From NCBI RefSeq assembly GCF_005696695.1, contig NZ_CP040006.1:870001-902000 (forward strand): a stretch of 32,000 bases of DNA. Direction: 5' to 3'. The position numbers were made by a program, and so were the translations under genes. The DNA is from Schaalia odontolytica. Lineage in GTDB: Bacteria > Actinomycetota > Actinomycetes > Actinomycetales > Actinomycetaceae. The notes beneath the pieces were generated by a model that made no database searches, was not told where the DNA came from, and saw only the letters and a list, made by a program, of their open reading frames with translations. This document shows positions 28,699 through 32,000 of the stretch, one piece after another (position 1 is the first letter of the stretch; each line of letters begins with the position of its first letter).

Positions 28699-31410
28699 TC
28701 AGCCCTTGCGCTTTGCAGGAGCCTCGCCCAGCTCGAAGGACTCGACAACGGCCTCGGTGGCCTCAGCGTCGTCGGAGGCAGCCACGGTCAGGGCACCCAC
28801 GGCCTTCGACGCGGCCTCCAGGTCGCCCTTCACGGACTCCAGGGCCTCCACCTGAGCCTGCGGTGCGCGCACCGTCACCGCCAGGAACGGCGTACGCGGC
28901 GACACCTTCGCCTCAGACTTCACACGGCGCAGCGCGATCAGAGCAGACGACGCAGCCTCGAGCACCGAAGGATCGCCCTCGACGCCAGCCAGGTCCGCGA
29001 CCACCGGCCACGGCGCGACGTGCACGGAGCCCTCGCGGTACCAGCTCCACACCTCTTCCGTCACGTACGGCAGGTAGGGGGCCAGCAGGCGCACAACGTT
29101 ATCAATGACGATCGCCAGAGCCGCACGGGCCGACGCGGCCGAGGCCTCGTCCCACGCGCCATCACGGTTGTAGGCGCGCTCCTTGACCAGCTCCAGGTAG
29201 TCGTCGCAGAACGTCCAGAAGAACGACTCCGTAACCTCGAGCGCGCGAGAGTGCTCGTAGGACGCCAGGGCAGCCGAGGCCTCGTCGATGACGGAGGCCA
29301 GCGCCGCCAGCACCGAACGATCCAGCGGCACCGTCACCAGCGCCGGATCCAGATCGATCGCCGCGCCCTCGCCGCCCATTGTGAGTGCAAACTTCGACGC
29401 GTTCAGCACCTTGATCGCCAGGCGGCGGCCAATCTTCATCTGCTGCTCGTCGAACGCTGCATCCAGGCCCAGGCGAGCCGACGCCGCCCAGTAACGCACG
29501 GCATCCGAACCGTACTTCTCCAGGATGCCCATGGGGGTCACGACGTTGCCCTTGGACTTCGACATCTTCTTGTGGTCCGAATCCAGGATCCAGCCCGACA
29601 GGCCCGCGTGCTTCCACGGCAGCGCGCCGAACTCCAGGTCCGCGCGCACCACGGTGGAGAACAGCCACGTACGAATGATGTCCTGGCCCTGCGGGCGCAG
29701 ATCCATCGGGTACGTGCGAGCGAACAGGTCCTCGTCATCCAGCCAGCCACAGGCCAGCTGCGGGGACAGCGAGGACGTCGCCCACGTGTCCATGATGTCC
29801 AGCTCGCCCACGAAGCCGCCGGCCACGCCGCGCTGATCCTCCGTGTAGCCCTCCGGAACGTCCGTCGACGGATCGACCGGCAGCGCAGCCTCAGACGGGG
29901 TGATGATGTCGTCGTAGTTGACCTGGCCGTCCGCGTCCACTCGGTACCACAGCGGGAACGGCACGCCGAAGAAGCGCTGACGCGACACCAGCCAGTCGCC
30001 CTTCAGACCCTTCACCCAGTTCTCGTAGCGCACGCGCATGAAGTCGGGGTGGAACTCCAGCTCGCGGCCGCGGCCGATGAGCTCCTCGTTCAGGTCCTTG
30101 CCCGAGGCCGGGTTCGTCCACGCGCGGCCACCGTTACGGATGTACCACTGGCGCGAGGTGACGATCTCGAGGGGCTTGTCGCCCTTCTCGAAGAAGTTGG
30201 TCTGACGCATCGTCTTGGTCGGCTCGCCCTTCAGCTCGCCCGACTCGCGCAGGGCGGCCACCACGGCCTCGCGCGCGGAGAACGTCGTCTTGCCGGTGAT
30301 CTCCTCGAAAGCCGCGCGACCCGCATCGGTCGTGATCCACTCGGGGGTCTCGGTGATGATGCGGCCGTCCTTGCGCAGGATCGCGCGCAGCGGCAGCTCC
30401 AGGTCACGCCACCAGTCGATATCGGTCGTGTCGCCGAAGGTACAGCACATGGCGATACCCGCGCCCTTGTCCATCTCCGCCTCGGGGTGGGGCAGGATCG
30501 GCACCTCAACGCCGTACACGGGGGAGGCAACCGTCGTACCGAACAGCGGCTTGTAGCGCTCGTCGTCCGGGTGGGCGATCAGGGCCACGCAGGCGGCCAG
30601 CAGCTCAGGACGCGTCGTCTCGATGCACACGTCCACGCCGTCCTCGACGGGCGCGCCGGCGGCGGCAGCCTTCGCGGCGGCCTCGGCGTCGGTGATGTGG
30701 AAGGCCAGGCGGTGGTAGAAGCCCGGGTACTCGCGGCTCTCCAGCTCAGCCTGGGCGACCGCCGTCTGGAAGGTGACGTCCCACAGGCCCGGGGCCTCGG
30801 CCTGGTAGGCCTCGCCGCGCGCCAGGTTGCGCAGGAATGCAGCCTGGGCGACCTTGCGGGCGCGCGCACCGATCGTCTGGTAGTTCTGCTTCCAGTCCAC
30901 GCTCAGGCCCAGGTAGCGCCACAGCGCCTCGAACTGAGCCTCGTCTTCCTGGGTGAGGCGCTCGCACAGCTCCACGAAGTTCTTACGGGAGATCGGCTTC
31001 TGGTCGCGAGCCTTGATCGACTTGCCGTCGCCGCCCACGTGCGGGGGCTCGAAGTCGGGGTCGTAGGGCAGCGTGGCGTCCACGCGCACGCCGAAGTAGT
31101 TCTGCACGCGGCGCTCGGTGGGCAGGCCGTTGTCGTCCCACCCCATCGGGTAGAACACGGACTTGCCGATCATGCGCTGGTAGCGGGCCACGACGTCGGT
31201 GTGCGTGTAGGAGAAAACATGGCCGATGTGCAGGGAGCCGGATACCGTCGGCGGGGGAGTGTCGATCGAGTACACCTGCTCGCGCGTGGCGCTGCGGTCA
31301 AAAGCGTAGGTGCCCTGGCTTTCCCAGGCCTCACCCCACTTGGCTTCGAGGCCTTCGGGGGCGGCGCGGTCGGGCACGCGAGGCGCCTGCGCACGGGTGT
31401 TCATGGCCAT
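28699..31410 (-). CDS. valS: Valine--tRNA ligase
   Basis: Class I motifs HIGH (SLHIGHV) and KMSKS (KKMSKSKGN) are present, with the editing domain and a C-terminal coiled coil. The likely start is ATG 31410 (MAMNTRAQ), with GGAGA upstream. The track ORF extends to GTG 31518. Confidence 0.92.
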   Translation of the reverse strand: MAMNTRAQAPRVPDRAAPEGLEAKWGEAWESQGTYAFDRSATREQVYSIDTPPPTVSGSLHIGHVFSYTHTDVVARYQRMIGKSVFYPMGWDDNGLPTERRVQNYFGVRVDATLPYDPDFEPPHVGGDGKSIKARDQKPISRKNFVELCERLTQEDEAQFEALWRYLGLSVDWKQNYQTIGARARKVAQAAFLRNLARGEAYQAEAPGLWDVTFQTAVAQAELESREYPGFYHRLAFHITDAEAAAKAAAAGAPVEDGVDVCIETTRPELLAACVALIAHPDDERYKPLFGTTVASPVYGVEVPILPHPEAEMDKGAGIAMCCTFGDTTDIDWWRDLELPLRAILRKDGRIITETPEWITTDAGRAAFEEITGKTTFSAREAVVAALRESGELKGEPTKTMRQTNFFEKGDKPLEIVTSRQWYIRNGGRAWTNPASGKDLNEELIGRGRELEFHPDFMRVRYENWVKGLKGDWLVSRQRFFGVPFPLWYRVDADGQVNYDDIITPSEAALPVDPSTDVPEGYTEDQRGVAGGFVGELDIMDTWATSSLSPQLACGWLDDEDLFARTYPMDLRPQGQDIIRTWLFSTVVRADLEFGALPWKHAGLSGWILDSDHKKMSKSKGNVVTPMGILEKYGSDAVRYWAASARLGLDAAFDEQQMKIGRRLAIKVLNASKFALTMGGEGAAIDLDPALVTVPLDRSVLAALASVIDEASAALASYEHSRALEVTESFFWTFCDDYLELVKERAYNRDGAWDEASAASARAALAIVIDNVVRLLAPYLPYVTEEVWSWYREGSVHVAPWPVVADLAGVEGDPSVLEAASSALIALRRVKSEAKVSPRTPFLAVTVRAPQAQVEALESVKGDLEAASKAVGALTVAASDDAEATEAVVESFELGEAPAKRKG

Positions 31411-31634
31411 AATTGAGTTGTCTCCATCCGAGTCGTGGACTGTTTGCCCCACTAGCCTACGTTTCCCCAGGCATTTCGGTCCAATGCTGGGCCTTTTAGC
31501 CCCCGGCGCGTCGCTCACACGCGTCGTTACAAAAGTTCCCCTCGTGGCGCGGTCGGGTGAACGTGAGCGCGTGGGGATACCGTGGTGTCAGACGCGGGAG
31601 CCGGGACGAGGCCCCCGCCGGGAAGGGGATCATC

Positions 31635-32000
31635 GTGAGGACGCAATCACTGGGCGAGCAGACCGTCGACCTGTTGGGACGCCTGGTGCGCCTGGGCTGC
31701 GTCAACGACCTGACCGCCGACTCGGGCGGAGAGGAGCGCGCCGCCGACCTCCTCGAGGACTTCTTCGCGGGCCTGCCCGTGTCAATCGAGCGGATCACCC
31801 CGCACCCCGGGCGCACCACCCTCGTCGTCACGGTTGAGGGCGCGGATCCGCGCAGCCCCGGCACACCCCTGACCCTCCTCGGGCATACGGACGTTGTGCC
31901 CGTGGATACGGCGAAGTGGACGCGTGATCCTTTCGGCGCTCAGGTCGAGGACGACGTCATGTGGGGGCGCGGCACCGTCGACATGCTCCACCTGACCGCC
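31635..32000 (+). CDS. M20-family metallopeptidase/deacylase (ArgE/DapE-like); 5' part, continues beyond the window
   Basis: It is absent from the ORF track because no stop lies in the window. My translation from GTG 31635, which follows GAAGGGGA, is [25 protein letters not shown]...[44 protein letters not shown]. The LLGHTDVVP and GRGxxDM motifs are the metal-binding signatures of M20 enzymes. Confidence 0.75.
   Translation, partial: MRTQSLGEQTVDLLGRLVRLGCVNDLTADSGGEERAADLLEDFFAGLPVSIERITPHPGRTTLVVTVEGADPRSPGTPLTLLGHTDVVPVDTAKWTRDPFGAQVEDDVMWGRGTVDMLHLTA

Noticed and set aside
29020-31416. 798-aa ORF antisense to valS, with similar antisense ORFs at 7528-8952, 12348-13565, 16438-17607, 19642-20745 and 22624-24447
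   Set aside because: Each lies opposite a gene with clear family motifs, and each has an Arg/Gly/Asp/His-rich composition typical of antisense frames in high-GC DNA.

Overview
High-GC actinobacterial chromosome segment; gene content and synteny look Actinomycetaceae-like, which is inference, since no search was run. Calls rest on reading the ORF translations for family motifs and reading the DNA for hairpins and repeats. Positions 1-21000 are conserved backbone. They hold tRNA-Glu genes, a large secreted pullulanase with C-terminal cell-wall-binding repeats, an IclR regulator divergent from leuCD, and murA. Next come a DAG-kinase-family lipid kinase, plsC, a lipoprotein, gpsA, ddl and an orphan ATP-grasp protein. 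The backbone ends with tRNA-His, a Zn-alcohol dehydrogenase, tRNA-Gly, tRNA-Pro, a small orphan ORF and tig-clpP1-clpP2-clpX. Positions 21000-28700 look accessory, because clpX and valS are usually much closer in actinobacteria. This stretch holds an AroQ chorismate mutase and a translationally coupled four-gene envelope module: a Cys-repeat lipoprotein, a lipoprotein adaptor with a peptidoglycan-binding insert, a MacB-type ATPase and an FtsX-fold permease. It also holds a long-chain acyl-CoA ligase and a visibly lower-GC islet with a Phd/YefM-ParE toxin-antitoxin pair, a divergent orphan HTH-like protein and about 325 bp of repeat-rich non-coding DNA. The window ends with valS and the 5' part of an M20 metallopeptidase. 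I saw no rRNA, CRISPR array, transposase or integrase. The best candidates for poorly described biology are the envelope module at 21534-24976 and the TA/orphan islet at 27077-28698. Many long ORFs in the track are antisense or off-frame artefacts of high GC and were rejected.
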